From positions 37,313-101,312 of the forward strand of contig JAQUPP010000001.1 in assembly GCA_028716665.1 (NCBI GenBank): a stretch of DNA of 64,000 bases. Reading direction: 5' to 3'. This stretch comes from Patescibacteria group bacterium. Lineage in GTDB: Bacteria > Patescibacteriota > Patescibacteriia > UBA2591 > JAQUPP01. Position numbers and translations under genes: made by a program. The stretch's first letter is position 1. Each line of letters begins with the position of its first letter. Shown here in pieces: positions 18,556 to 28,197 of this stretch. Under the pieces are notes generated by a model that was not told the origin of the DNA, did no database searches, and saw only the letters and a list, made by a program, of their open reading frames with translations.

Positions 18556-19125
18556 TTATCCCCCTAAATTCAAGTTGAGACCTGATTTAATGCTTCCCTT
18601 TGGAATCCTGATTGTTATTTTGTTTGGCTTTTTCCATGTGCGAATTTTAGTTGTTTTAACAGAACCAAAGCATATCATTTTTTTCCAAAAAGTATTGGGA
18701 ATAAAAATTTTCTTATTGACAATTTCTTGCATCTCAATCACCCCGTCATTACGATCTTCTTCATAGATTGTAACCCCCGAATCAACACTTACTTTCCCGA
18801 ATTTTATGCCGCCATCAGAAGTCCGATAATAATAGTAATAAAACATTTTATTGTCAGTCTCTATGTTTCCTGTCCCAATAAAAAAATCTCCTCTTGTTTC
18901 AGAACCACTTTTATCTCTCAGAGCTACTAAACTTTGTGTTGTTAACCGACCGGATTCTTTTTTAAAAGCCCAAAATAAATCCACGCTGTCATACACAATG
19001 CTATCAATGAACAACATAATGACAAAGGTAACTATTCCTGCAATAATAGTGCTGGAAATTTTTTCTTCAATAGCAACTTTCCATAAAATTGCTATTACAA
19101 CTGCAACGGCTATCGCCAATAACAT
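18556..19125 (-). CDS. hypothetical membrane protein (2 N-terminal TM helices plus a soluble domain)
   Basis: Strong SD aaaaaggaggttaaaATG, YYYYY stretch, no recognisable homology. Confidence 0.4.
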   Translation of the reverse strand: MLLAIAVAVVIAILWKVAIEEKISSTIIAGIVTFVIMLFIDSIVYDSVDLFWAFKKESGRLTTQSLVALRDKSGSETRGDFFIGTGNIETDNKMFYYYYYRTSDGGIKFGKVSVDSGVTIYEEDRNDGVIEMQEIVNKKIFIPNTFWKKMICFGSVKTTKIRTWKKPNKITIRIPKGSIKSGLNLNLGG

Positions 19126-19161
19126 TTTAACCTCCTTTTTAAATTTACTATTTAATGTTCA

Positions 19162-20718
19162 TTAAAACACATTTTTCATTTTTGTCAACCCTCTTAAAAA
19201 TTTTATTGCTGATTTTTTATCTTTAATTTTTCCTTCGAGCTGTTTTTCTCTTAAAATCTCCAATAATTCGCCTATTCTGGGTCCCGGTTTTATTTTAAAC
19301 TCTTTCATAATTTCATTGCCGTTTAAAATCGGTTGGGGCAATTCTTTTTTATTAGCGCTTAATTTTTTTAATTCTTTGATTCTTTTCAGCATATTTTTGA
19401 AATCGCCAAAATCAGAATGGCCTTTTTCCAAAATCGTGGCTGAAATATCCGCGAATGAAAGTTTTAACAAATTTTCGCCCGGCAAATTTTGATTAAAAAA
19501 ATATTTTTCAATGGTTTGCGGCCGCATTTTAAGAGCATTGCCGTGAACCAAAAGCATGTGATTTTTAATCAACCAGGCGATTTTTTCCGGATCAACGCCG
19601 AAATTTTCCCTTCGGGGCTGAGAATCTCCCTCTGGGGCGAAGCCCGGACTTGAAAATTTTAATCGCTCGCAAATTTTTTTGGTTTTTTCCGCGCCCACCA
19701 CGTCATGCTCATTAAAACGAATGCGGTCAGTGTGATTTTTCTCCGGAGTTTGAATGGTCGGCGGCTTGCCCAAATCATGGAAAAGAGTGGCGATAATCAA
19801 TTCTGTGTTCGGGCGCTCACTATTGAATTGCTTTTTAAATTGCGGAGAAAATAATTTTTCCAAAGCCAAACGCGTATGTACCCAAACATCTCCTTCGGAA
19901 TGAAAATTTTTCGGCTGCGGACATTTTTTCATTTTTAAAATTTCCGGCATTATTGCTTCAAAAAATCCACTCTGATCAAATAAATCAAGAGCTTTAACCG
20001 GATTAAAATAAAAAGATTTCAAAAATTCCCGGGCAATAATTTCGTAAGGCACTGTCTTGGCGATCAATTTGATTTTAGATTTAATGACTTGCCATGTCAT
20101 TTTTTCAATTTGCCAATCATTATCCAACTGACAATTAAATCTTATCGCTCGCAACATTCTGGAATAATCTTCTTTAAATCTGTCTTCCGGCTTGCCAACG
20201 GTTTTAATAATTTTATTTTTAAGGTCTTTTAGGCCGTTAAATGGATCAATAATATTTGACGCCATCCCTTCGACTATGCTCAGGGCAAGTGCGTTAATCG
20301 TGAAATCGCGGCGAGACAGATCCTCTTCAATTGGCAAATCGGGATTAGTTAAAACTTTTACATCGCGATAACCGCCGGTATTAAAAGAAAAATCGCGGCG
20401 AGGCAAAGCAATATCAAAAGGATTATGCTTGTCGCCGCCTTTTGGGGTGAATTTAAAAACACCAAAACTTTTGCCGACAAATTCCACTTGTCCTAAATTC
20501 GCCAAAAACTTTTCCAAATCAGACACTTTAACCTTACAAACAACAAAATCATAGTCCTTGGTTGTTTTTTTTAAAAACAAATCTCTGACCGCGCCGCCAA
20601 CCAAATAAATTTCAGCTTTGGGAAATTTCTTTTGTAATTTTTTTAAAAAATCAAAATTTTTATCCTTATTCAGGAAGTCTAAATTAAGTTTAAAACTGTT
20701 CTTTTTTTTAGATAACAT
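19162..20718 (-). CDS. cca: CCA-adding tRNA nucleotidyltransferase with HD domain
   Basis: Pol-beta-like motif LVGGAVRDLFL...DYDF and HD motif TLFHDLGKP, 518 aa. Confidence 0.7.
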   Translation of the reverse strand: MLSKKKNSFKLNLDFLNKDKNFDFLKKLQKKFPKAEIYLVGGAVRDLFLKKTTKDYDFVVCKVKVSDLEKFLANLGQVEFVGKSFGVFKFTPKGGDKHNPFDIALPRRDFSFNTGGYRDVKVLTNPDLPIEEDLSRRDFTINALALSIVEGMASNIIDPFNGLKDLKNKIIKTVGKPEDRFKEDYSRMLRAIRFNCQLDNDWQIEKMTWQVIKSKIKLIAKTVPYEIIAREFLKSFYFNPVKALDLFDQSGFFEAIMPEILKMKKCPQPKNFHSEGDVWVHTRLALEKLFSPQFKKQFNSERPNTELIIATLFHDLGKPPTIQTPEKNHTDRIRFNEHDVVGAEKTKKICERLKFSSPGFAPEGDSQPRRENFGVDPEKIAWLIKNHMLLVHGNALKMRPQTIEKYFFNQNLPGENLLKLSFADISATILEKGHSDFGDFKNMLKRIKELKKLSANKKELPQPILNGNEIMKEFKIKPGPRIGELLEILREKQLEGKIKDKKSAIKFLRGLTKMKNVF

Positions 20719-20723
20719 AAAAA

Positions 20724-21191
20724 TTATTTGTCCAATTTTTTATGCCAAAACACGGCGGTAATTTGACGATAAGACTTATCTCCTCTTGGACCAAAAGTAT
20801 AATGATGGATTATCGGTTGTTTTTTAATTGGATTATTGCTGATTGCTTTATTATTCCCAATATAAAAACCCAGATGGGAATGATCATCTTTTGTTTCCCA
20901 CAAAATAATCGCTCCTTTTTTTAATTTTTTTATTTTACTCCAGCCCATTTTTTGCATATCTTCCAAGGTGCTTTTAACCGTTAAATGAGGCTGTTTGATC
21001 AAATTGAAATTATTTAAAATCGTGGAAACAAAAAAAGCGCAGGAAAGTTTGCCGCCCTGAACCGCGTCTTGCTTTTTATCTCCTTGCCGGATATAAAAAT
21101 TACGAAAAAGATTGGATCCCACGCCATTTTCTATCATTTTAAAATATGACTGACTCAAAGCAACTTCAATTTTAGAAAATTTTTTTGCCAT
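20724..21191 (-). CDS. hypothetical protein, possible papain-like (NlpC/P60 or CHAP-like) Cys/His fold
   Basis: Candidate catalytic Cys (LSCAFFVS) and His (HSHLGFYIG). Weak. Confidence 0.3.
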   Translation of the reverse strand: MAKKFSKIEVALSQSYFKMIENGVGSNLFRNFYIRQGDKKQDAVQGGKLSCAFFVSTILNNFNLIKQPHLTVKSTLEDMQKMGWSKIKKLKKGAIILWETKDDHSHLGFYIGNNKAISNNPIKKQPIIHHYTFGPRGDKSYRQITAVFWHKKLDK

Positions 21192-21205
21192 TTTATCTTT
21201 GATTA

Positions 21206-21448
21206 TTATTTTGAATCTGATTTTTTTGGAGGATATAAATCTAAAATTATATCCAAAATTCTATCTAATATTTTTTCCGGCTCATCTGGCAATTTATGAT
21301 ATAACCCACTGACCAATCCCTTAACTGATTCTAGAAATCTGCCTCCTTGATTTTGAACGCAATCTTTACTTAAAAAAAGTTTTAAATCATTTTCTAATTG
21401 CAATAAAACCTTGGTAAATCCTTCCGGATTTTGAAAAGCTAAAAACAT
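21206..21448 (-). CDS. hypothetical small protein
   Basis: 80-aa ORF with no recognisable homology. Confidence 0.25.
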   Translation of the reverse strand: MFLAFQNPEGFTKVLLQLENDLKLFLSKDCVQNQGGRFLESVKGLVSGLYHKLPDEPEKILDRILDIILDLYPPKKSDSK

Positions 21449-21756
21449 TACGCCTTCCTCTTCTATTTTCCATAATAATATAAATTAACATTAACTCATT
21501 TTAACAAATTCCGCAACATAAAAAATTTATCAGTTAAAATAAAATGAGAGATAAATCTCTGATTTTTCCCTCACTTTATATAGTATCCTCATTATACCAA
21601 CCTTACGCCTATTTTCAAAGTCACTAAATAAAAATAATTTCGCAAGTGTGTAAATTTGGAAAGTTTTTTAAAGGAAAAAATAATTGAATTATCAGTGGCA
21701 ATCTTTAAATCTTGTCTAGCTTTGATAAAAATTATAATTTAAAAAAGATCACTTAA

Positions 21757-22884
21757 TCACAAACTTTTATTATAAATATATTCATTGATTCTCTTTATTA
21801 CAGAGTTACAAAGATCATCTTCTGATCCAGATGAATCAACAATAACAGCTCTGCCTTTTAATTTTTTAGCAACTTTAATAAATTTTTCTCTATAATACTT
21901 TAAATCTCCAACAGTATGATATTTTTCATCTAAAACTCGACCGGCTTTTTCTAATCTTTTTCTACAAACTTCGACAGAAGCATCAAGAATAATATAAAAT
22001 TCATTCTCTGCCGGGAGGATGTTTTCATCATCAGTTAATTTTGTTGGTATCCCTCTATCTTTAACAATATATCCTCTATTTTTTAGTTGATTTACTAGAG
22101 TGGTTTTTCCTGTCCCGTCATTACCGTCTACCACAATTATAATATTAGAATTTGTTATTTTTTTAATTTGGGTGGCAAGCCACATTGTGAAATCTTGAAG
22201 AGCTTTTCGACGGTGACTTATAAGATTTTTTCTCATTGAATCTATTTCTGCCCATGTTTTACCGAACGAAGTGTCACTAATAAAAATAGGATCATATCCA
22301 AAACCATTTTTGCCGATTGATTGATCGGTAATCCATCCATGTGCTTCACCATATGAACTAAATATTATATCACCATTTAAATCTGCAACCTTTAAGGACA
22401 CAACAAATTTTGCTGATCGATAGGGCTGTTTGATATTTTTCATTAATTCCAGAACCTTTTTATTATTTAATAAATCAATTTCATTTCTCAATATACCACT
22501 TGCCTTATAGCCTGATAATATGCCCTCAGAAATATTTACATCAGAAAAATCAGAGAACCGGGCCGACCAAGGACCAGGGAGGCCTCCTAAAATTGGGATA
22601 ATCAATCCTGAATCTTCACTAATAGTCAACACATCACTTAATAATAAAAAATCTTTTGCTCTTCTGTCGCTTATTTTCTTCTTTTTCTTTAGATTTTCAA
22701 CCAAAGTTTTACATACATGCCTTGCATATTCTCTAGCTTTGATTTCTGCATTGCCATCAAAGGTGTTGGCCATTTCTTCTGGTTCAATAGAATCTGTTAC
22801 ATCAAGATCTATTTCTAAAGGACGCAAAATACTAGCCAGTTCTCTTACCTTATATGGATTGCTTGTGCCTATGTAAAATTTCAT
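21757..22884 (-). CDS. fusion of a Ham1/RdgB-type non-canonical NTP pyrophosphatase with a C-terminal P-loop (d)NMP kinase-like domain
   Basis: N-terminal MKFYIGTSNPYKVRE, the middle ...SEDSGL...LGGLPGPWSARF and ...FGYDPIF are ITPase motifs. C-terminal IIIVVDGNDGTGKTTLVNQL is a thymidylate-kinase-like P-loop. Confidence 0.6.
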   Translation of the reverse strand: MKFYIGTSNPYKVRELASILRPLEIDLDVTDSIEPEEMANTFDGNAEIKAREYARHVCKTLVENLKKKKKISDRRAKDFLLLSDVLTISEDSGLIIPILGGLPGPWSARFSDFSDVNISEGILSGYKASGILRNEIDLLNNKKVLELMKNIKQPYRSAKFVVSLKVADLNGDIIFSSYGEAHGWITDQSIGKNGFGYDPIFISDTSFGKTWAEIDSMRKNLISHRRKALQDFTMWLATQIKKITNSNIIIVVDGNDGTGKTTLVNQLKNRGYIVKDRGIPTKLTDDENILPAENEFYIILDASVEVCRKRLEKAGRVLDEKYHTVGDLKYYREKFIKVAKKLKGRAVIVDSSGSEDDLCNSVIKRINEYIYNKSL

Positions 22885-22897
22885 AAATTTAATAACA

Positions 22898-23866
22898 TTA
22901 TTTACTTATTAAATCAACCAATAATTCCCATTTTTTAATTATATCATTGCTACTACCGCCTGTTCTCCACACATCTTTATCCAAAGATCCTAAATCTAGA
23001 TGCCTGTATCTACCACAATCCGGAGATATTTCTCCATACACAAGATTCCCATCTTCTGATATAAACATACATAAATCATAAAAAACAATGTTTTTTAATG
23101 CTAAGAACTCCTCAATGCATTTAGCGGTAAGAAAGGCTGTCCGCTGTGCTTCTTTTGTGTCTATAAACCAATCCGCAATTTGTAGAGGTAACGCCACATC
23201 TGCAACTCTATTCCCCCATTCTTCAATTTTTAATTTTATTTGATTCACATATTTATTATCTGAATCAAAGTCTTCCCCTAAAATTTGTTTAGCTATATTT
23301 AAACCCTTACCTTTTTGAATAAGAGGATTGCGCCAATCGAATCTGACAACTATTTCCGGGAAAGCATCATCTGGCCCAAGTTTTATTCCACTATAAAACG
23401 AATGAGATTTTCTAATCAATGAATCTGATAAGCCCACGCAGCTATGTTTTGTTGTCCCGGTCAAATATCTCTTGGCGACAATTTCTATTGGAGGTGCTTT
23501 TGGCAATTTTTCTTTCTCTTCTGTTGTTAAATCAGGAGGAATAAATTTATTAAAACCATATTTTTTAAACTCAACCTCACTCGGCATAACCAAGAGAGAG
23601 AGAACAAAATCGTCAGTTATCTCCTTGTATGAATGTTCAATGCCATTCTTTTTTAAAAGATCAACAAAAATTTTAGACGCTCTAAGTCTAGGAATATGTG
23701 ACCCCGGAACCTCGGCACATCTATTTTCCGTGAAAGAATAAATAGTAGGTTTAAATCTTATCACCACCATCCCTTCACCTGCATATCTTACTTCCTTGCT
23801 TTCTCCTTCGATTACCAAAGGTAATTTTTTAAAACCTTCTAAGTCCAACTTTTTTATATCAATCAT
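22898..23866 (-). CDS. purC: SAICAR synthetase-like protein (PurC family)
   Basis: Alignment-like matches to PurC: ...KEVRY.GEG..., ...YSFTE..., PIEIVAKRYLTGT, and a C-terminal D..LEFG...GE.SPD motif. Confidence 0.5.
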   Translation of the reverse strand: MIDIKKLDLEGFKKLPLVIEGESKEVRYAGEGMVVIRFKPTIYSFTENRCAEVPGSHIPRLRASKIFVDLLKKNGIEHSYKEITDDFVLSLLVMPSEVEFKKYGFNKFIPPDLTTEEKEKLPKAPPIEIVAKRYLTGTTKHSCVGLSDSLIRKSHSFYSGIKLGPDDAFPEIVVRFDWRNPLIQKGKGLNIAKQILGEDFDSDNKYVNQIKLKIEEWGNRVADVALPLQIADWFIDTKEAQRTAFLTAKCIEEFLALKNIVFYDLCMFISEDGNLVYGEISPDCGRYRHLDLGSLDKDVWRTGGSSNDIIKKWELLVDLISK

Positions 23867-23871
23867 AAATA

Positions 23872-25308
23872 TTACATTAAAATAAATTGATCTCTTTTTG
23901 GGCCCACACCGATACCTGAAACAGTTAAGCCAGTCTCATTTTCAACAAATTTAATAAAAAATAAAACTTCCTTAGGCAATTTATTTTTTAATTTTATTTC
24001 TGAAAGATCTTGTTTTATGAATGGTAAATATTTTATTACCGGTTTAGTTTTTCTAAGTTCTTCTTCGGATGAAGGGAAAAAATCTATAATCTTTTTACCT
24101 AGTTTATATGCTACCACAACAGGAATCCCTGGTAGTTTAGTATGATTAAAATATTCTAGACAATCTATTTTGTTTATGAATATTTCATCAACACCACTCA
24201 ATCTGGCATTATGTTTGATCATCACTAAATCAAAAATACCGATACGACGTGGTCTTTTTGTAGTAGCTCCATATTCACCTCCAAGTATTCTCAAAGCAAC
24301 CCCGATTTCAAACTCACTTTTAGAAAGTAATCTCTTGGGATCAGAATATTGAATATTTTCCTCTTCTTTTGTATGAGACATCCCTCCGTCTTCAGCACAA
24401 TATATTTCACTCTTGCTACCGCCAAATTCAGAAACAAAAGGGCCATTGCCGACTCGCGACATAATAGCTTTAACCACCGCCACGGTTTTTTGATGAAATT
24501 TATTAGACAAATCTCCGCCCACATAAGCTGCGCCGGCTACAGTTCTACTAGAAGTTACATAAGGCACTGTTCCATAAATCGGGTCGAGCATAATCGAATT
24601 TGCCCCTTCAAAAAATATATTTTTTCCACCCTCTGCCATTTTTTGAAGAACAAGTGGATCTTTTGAAACAAATTTTTTAAGTTTCTTTACCCCATAATCA
24701 AAATCGTCAACAGCTTTTTGGATGTTCATATCTTTAATTTGACTCCATTTAATAGCATTAATCAACAATTTATTGATTATATTTTTAAATTTCAATGGAT
24801 TAGATAAATAATCTCCAATTCTAATATTCCTAATTATGTCTGACTCCATTCTAAGTGCCACATCTGCATATGCTGGCCCTATACCATTGCCGGTTGTCCC
24901 TATTTTGGCGCCATATATTTTATCATAAATAATATCAGAAGGTTTAACTAATGGCACGTTAGGTGATATTATAAGTCTATTATTAATATTTAAACCATGA
25001 GAATTTATTTCTTTTATTTCCCTATTAAATTTAATAGGTTCAAGCACGCAGCCTGAACCGTAATACAAAATCATTTTTTTATAAAAAATTCCAGAGGGTA
25101 CCTGATGCAGAGCAATTCTAATACCATTCGCCTCCAGTGTATGCCCAGCATTTGCGCCGCCATTAAACCTCGCTACAACATCATATTTCGTATGCTTCAA
25201 GAGATAATCTAAAACCCTGGCCTTACCCTCATCACCATACTGGATACCCACTAAAACAGTTGCTTTGCCAGATTTTTTATTACCAAAGCTTACTTTGTTA
25301 TTTTTCAT
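23872..25308 (-). CDS. purA: adenylosuccinate synthetase
   Basis: GIQYGDEGKARVLD (P-loop GDEGKG analog) and RFNGGANAGHTL (matching RFQGGHNAGHT). 478 aa, longer than typical. Confidence 0.75.
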   Translation of the reverse strand: MKNNKVSFGNKKSGKATVLVGIQYGDEGKARVLDYLLKHTKYDVVARFNGGANAGHTLEANGIRIALHQVPSGIFYKKMILYYGSGCVLEPIKFNREIKEINSHGLNINNRLIISPNVPLVKPSDIIYDKIYGAKIGTTGNGIGPAYADVALRMESDIIRNIRIGDYLSNPLKFKNIINKLLINAIKWSQIKDMNIQKAVDDFDYGVKKLKKFVSKDPLVLQKMAEGGKNIFFEGANSIMLDPIYGTVPYVTSSRTVAGAAYVGGDLSNKFHQKTVAVVKAIMSRVGNGPFVSEFGGSKSEIYCAEDGGMSHTKEEENIQYSDPKRLLSKSEFEIGVALRILGGEYGATTKRPRRIGIFDLVMIKHNARLSGVDEIFINKIDCLEYFNHTKLPGIPVVVAYKLGKKIIDFFPSSEEELRKTKPVIKYLPFIKQDLSEIKLKNKLPKEVLFFIKFVENETGLTVSGIGVGPKRDQFILM

Positions 25309-25963
25309 TTTTTTTTATATCATTTAATTTAATAATCATTTCATTAATTTTTTCTTTAATAAATCCATTTTTGTAATTTTCTTTATTTATCACCAGATAA
25401 GTCGAACTTCTCATTATTTCGTCTACTACAATAAGATTATTTGCAGCCATCGTTTCCCCAGTATCAATATTATCAAAAACAATATCAGCATCATCTGGAG
25501 CATATGCTTCGGTTGATCCCCAAGTTTGAATAATTATATGTGCTAAATTTTTATCAAATGCCCAATTTCCAGCAATATTCTCATATTCAGTCGCAATAAG
25601 CAGCGGCCTCTTTGGGGGGTTAACTATGATATCTTTTTGACTTTTATGGACTGCGGCGACCAATCTCACTTGGTTTAATTTCAAATCAAAAATTGGTTCA
25701 ATCTCACTATAACCAGATTCTTTTATTAAATCAAGTCCGACAAAACCCGCATTAAATTGACCAAGTGCTAATAATTGAGGAATGGCACGAACCTTGACAA
25801 GCTTAGCTTTTATATTTAAATCATTACAAATAGGATTATAGTCTCTGTTATTTTTAAATTTAAATTTGATATCAATTTTTTCCAAAAGACTAAGAACATT
25901 TGACAATAATATTCCTTTAGGCAACGCAAGTCTCATTATATTATTTATTTTCTTCTTCTCCAT
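25298..25963 (-). CDS. hisG: ATP phosphoribosyltransferase (short form)
   Basis: LRLALPKG..., ...DTGETMAANNL... HisG motifs, 221 aa. Confidence 0.7.
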   Translation of the reverse strand: MEKKKINNIMRLALPKGILLSNVLSLLEKIDIKFKFKNNRDYNPICNDLNIKAKLVKVRAIPQLLALGQFNAGFVGLDLIKESGYSEIEPIFDLKLNQVRLVAAVHKSQKDIIVNPPKRPLLIATEYENIAGNWAFDKNLAHIIIQTWGSTEAYAPDDADIVFDNIDTGETMAANNLIVVDEIMRSSTYLVINKENYKNGFIKEKINEMIIKLNDIKKNEK

Positions 25964-27234
25964 AATTCATTTTCTATATCTCTGATTGTAATATGATGTT
26001 TTGCCATAAACATCATTATAAAAAAAACTGAATCTGCAACTTCCCAAATTAAATTATCTCTATCTTTATAATTAATCATTTCATCTATTTCTTCTAAAAT
26101 CTTACCCTTAATTTTTATTTCATTCTTAGCTAAGTTTGAAACAAAAGAATCAGCTTTTGGATTTTTAATCCGATCACAAATAATATTATAGACATCTTCA
26201 AGGGAAAAATATTTATCACCAAAACAAGAATAAGATCCCGTGTGACATGCGCATCCTTTTTGTTTTACTACAAAAATAATAGCATCTTTGTCACAATCAT
26301 ATCTAGCTTTTAAAAGAAATTGTTTATTACCAGAAGTTTCACCTTTTTGCCAAAGATCCTTTCTTGAACGACTATAATATGTAGCAAAATTAGTAGCAAA
26401 AGTTTTTTTAAGCGATTCATGAGAAGAATAAGCTAGCATTAAAACCCCTCCTTTAGTATCTTGAACAATTGTCGGGATTAATCCTTTTACTTTTTTAAAA
26501 TCGAGCACAGAAATAAAAGCTTCGGATAGTTTAATTTTCCCAGTATATAAAGCCATACCGATCTGGGAATTAACATTTAGTTTCTCGAGGTTTTTTATAT
26601 CCTTATATGTAGTTATTCCGCCTGCAATTGTAAATTTATTTGAAGTTAAATTTAAAAATTTTTTAAAAATATTAAAATCTAGACCATTCATTAAACCTTC
26701 TTTATCTACATTGGTAAAAAGAAATTCACTACAATATTCAGACAACTCCTCAATAACCTGTGAGGGAGTTTTTGTTGTTAGATTGGTCCACCCATGATCA
26801 ACTATTTTACCTCCTTTTGTATCAATGGCGACAATAATTCTATCCTTCGGCAATTCTTTTAAAAATTCTTTAGTTGCTTTTGTCCCAATTATTATCTTTT
26901 TTGCTCCTGCAGCTAATAATTCATTGGCCTTTTCTAAATTTCTTATCCCGCCACCAACCCTACATTCTGCTAACTTACAGATTTTTTTTATTAATTTCAA
27001 ATTATTACCCTTATCCATCGCAGCATCAAGGTCAACAACCGCAATTTCTCCATATTTTTTAAAATCTTCAACTAAACTAAAAATGTCAGATCTTTCTAAA
27101 ACCTTAGTTTTTCCTTGCTGCAATTGTACTGCTTTACCTCTTATAATATCAATACTTGGGATTATCATAGATACTTTTATTATATAGCATAAAATAATTT
27201 TCGTCAAAATTAAACGAAACCTATAAATCGTCAC
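25945..27234 (-). CDS. hisA-hisIE: fusion HisA-HisI-HisE (ProFAR isomerase + PR-AMP cyclohydrolase + PR-ATP pyrophosphohydrolase)
   Basis: N-terminal IIPSIDIIRGKAVQLQQG is HisA-like. Middle PTIVQD...YSRSR.DLW.KGETSG...DCD.D...V.Q.G.ACHTG.SCF is HisI. The C-terminal MazG-like segment is HisE. The true start is probably the internal Met near 27168. Confidence 0.7.
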   Translation of the reverse strand: MTIYRFRLILTKIILCYIIKVSMIIPSIDIIRGKAVQLQQGKTKVLERSDIFSLVEDFKKYGEIAVVDLDAAMDKGNNLKLIKKICKLAECRVGGGIRNLEKANELLAAGAKKIIIGTKATKEFLKELPKDRIIVAIDTKGGKIVDHGWTNLTTKTPSQVIEELSEYCSEFLFTNVDKEGLMNGLDFNIFKKFLNLTSNKFTIAGGITTYKDIKNLEKLNVNSQIGMALYTGKIKLSEAFISVLDFKKVKGLIPTIVQDTKGGVLMLAYSSHESLKKTFATNFATYYSRSRKDLWQKGETSGNKQFLLKARYDCDKDAIIFVVKQKGCACHTGSYSCFGDKYFSLEDVYNIICDRIKNPKADSFVSNLAKNEIKIKGKILEEIDEMINYKDRDNLIWEVADSVFFIMMFMAKHHITIRDIENELWRRRK

Positions 27235-27353
27235 TAAAATTTCCTAGTTTTCATGCGCGTGAGATTATCTTCATTCAGCAATTTTAAAAATAAGTGCATG
27301 ATTGTTATAATAAATAAAGTGAGGAATAAATCTCTGATTTTTCCCTCACTTTA

Positions 27354-27429
27354 TGGTGGGCACTAGAGGACTCGAACCTCTGACCTTCACAATGTCAATG
27401 TGACGCGCTACCAACTGCGCCAAGTGCCC
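27354..27429 (-). tRNA. tRNA-Val (GAC), CCA encoded
   Basis: Acceptor gggcact/agtgccc, anticodon stem tcaca/tgtga with loop ttGACat, T-loop ttcgagt, 3' ...cccacca. Confidence 0.85.
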
Positions 27430-27643
27430 CTCACATGAAAATTATTAGAAATATTTTGATTCTTTTTTAAATGTATATACGACCCAGAATATCTTTTAAG
27501 TATGTTTTTTATATTTTGGTGCCTTTTTTAGGAGCACCTGTTTTATACACAGACTAAATCAAATGGAAATTAATGTTTTATAAATTCTACTAATTCTTAA
27601 ACATATAATTTTCATGTGAGGGACCAAGTGCCCATTTAATATA

Positions 27644-27718
27644 TGGTGCGCGAGGAAGGAATCGAACCTTCAACCTCGTCTTTATCAGAGACGCGTTCTA
27701 CCATTGAACTACTCGCGC
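27644..27718 (-). tRNA. tRNA-Ile (GAT), CCA encoded
   Basis: Acceptor gcgcgag/ctcgcgc, anticodon loop ctGATaa, T-loop ttcgatt, 3' ...gcgcacca. Confidence 0.85.
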
Positions 27719-27843
27719 ATTGAATAATAAAGGGTTTTTACCCTGTGTTTGTTTCACTCACTCGGAAAAGCAAATTAATTTGCTTTTCTCTCGCTCGCTC
27801 ACAAATAAAATAATATAATATTTTAAGAATTAGTCAACCCCAT

Positions 27844-28158
27844 TTAATATCCTTGTTTGTGGCGTTTGATAATTTTTCTTTTTGATTTTAAAAAAGATTG
27901 TTCCAAATCAACGCCATAACGATTAGCCAAGGTCAATAAGCTGATTAAAATATCTCCCATTTCTTTGCCTAAATCAACTTTAATATTTTTTCTTTCTTTC
28001 TTGCCGGCTTGTTTTCTGATCATTTCCGCCATTTCACCAAGTTCTTCCATTAAAAATAAAATTTCCAGATGTTCGTCAACTGTTTGAGATTTTGTTTTCC
28101 AATCTTCGTCAACCCATTGCTGAGCTTTTTTTATTTCCATAATAAATAATTGTAACAA
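27844..28158 (-). CDS. MazG-like nucleotide pyrophosphohydrolase
   Basis: EExxE-type motif LMEELGEMAEMIRK, 104 aa. Confidence 0.7.
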   Translation of the reverse strand: MLQLFIMEIKKAQQWVDEDWKTKSQTVDEHLEILFLMEELGEMAEMIRKQAGKKERKNIKVDLGKEMGDILISLLTLANRYGVDLEQSFLKSKRKIIKRHKQGY

Positions 28159-28197
28159 AAAAACCAGTTAAGTCAACTGGTTTTCTTGCTCTAAAAA

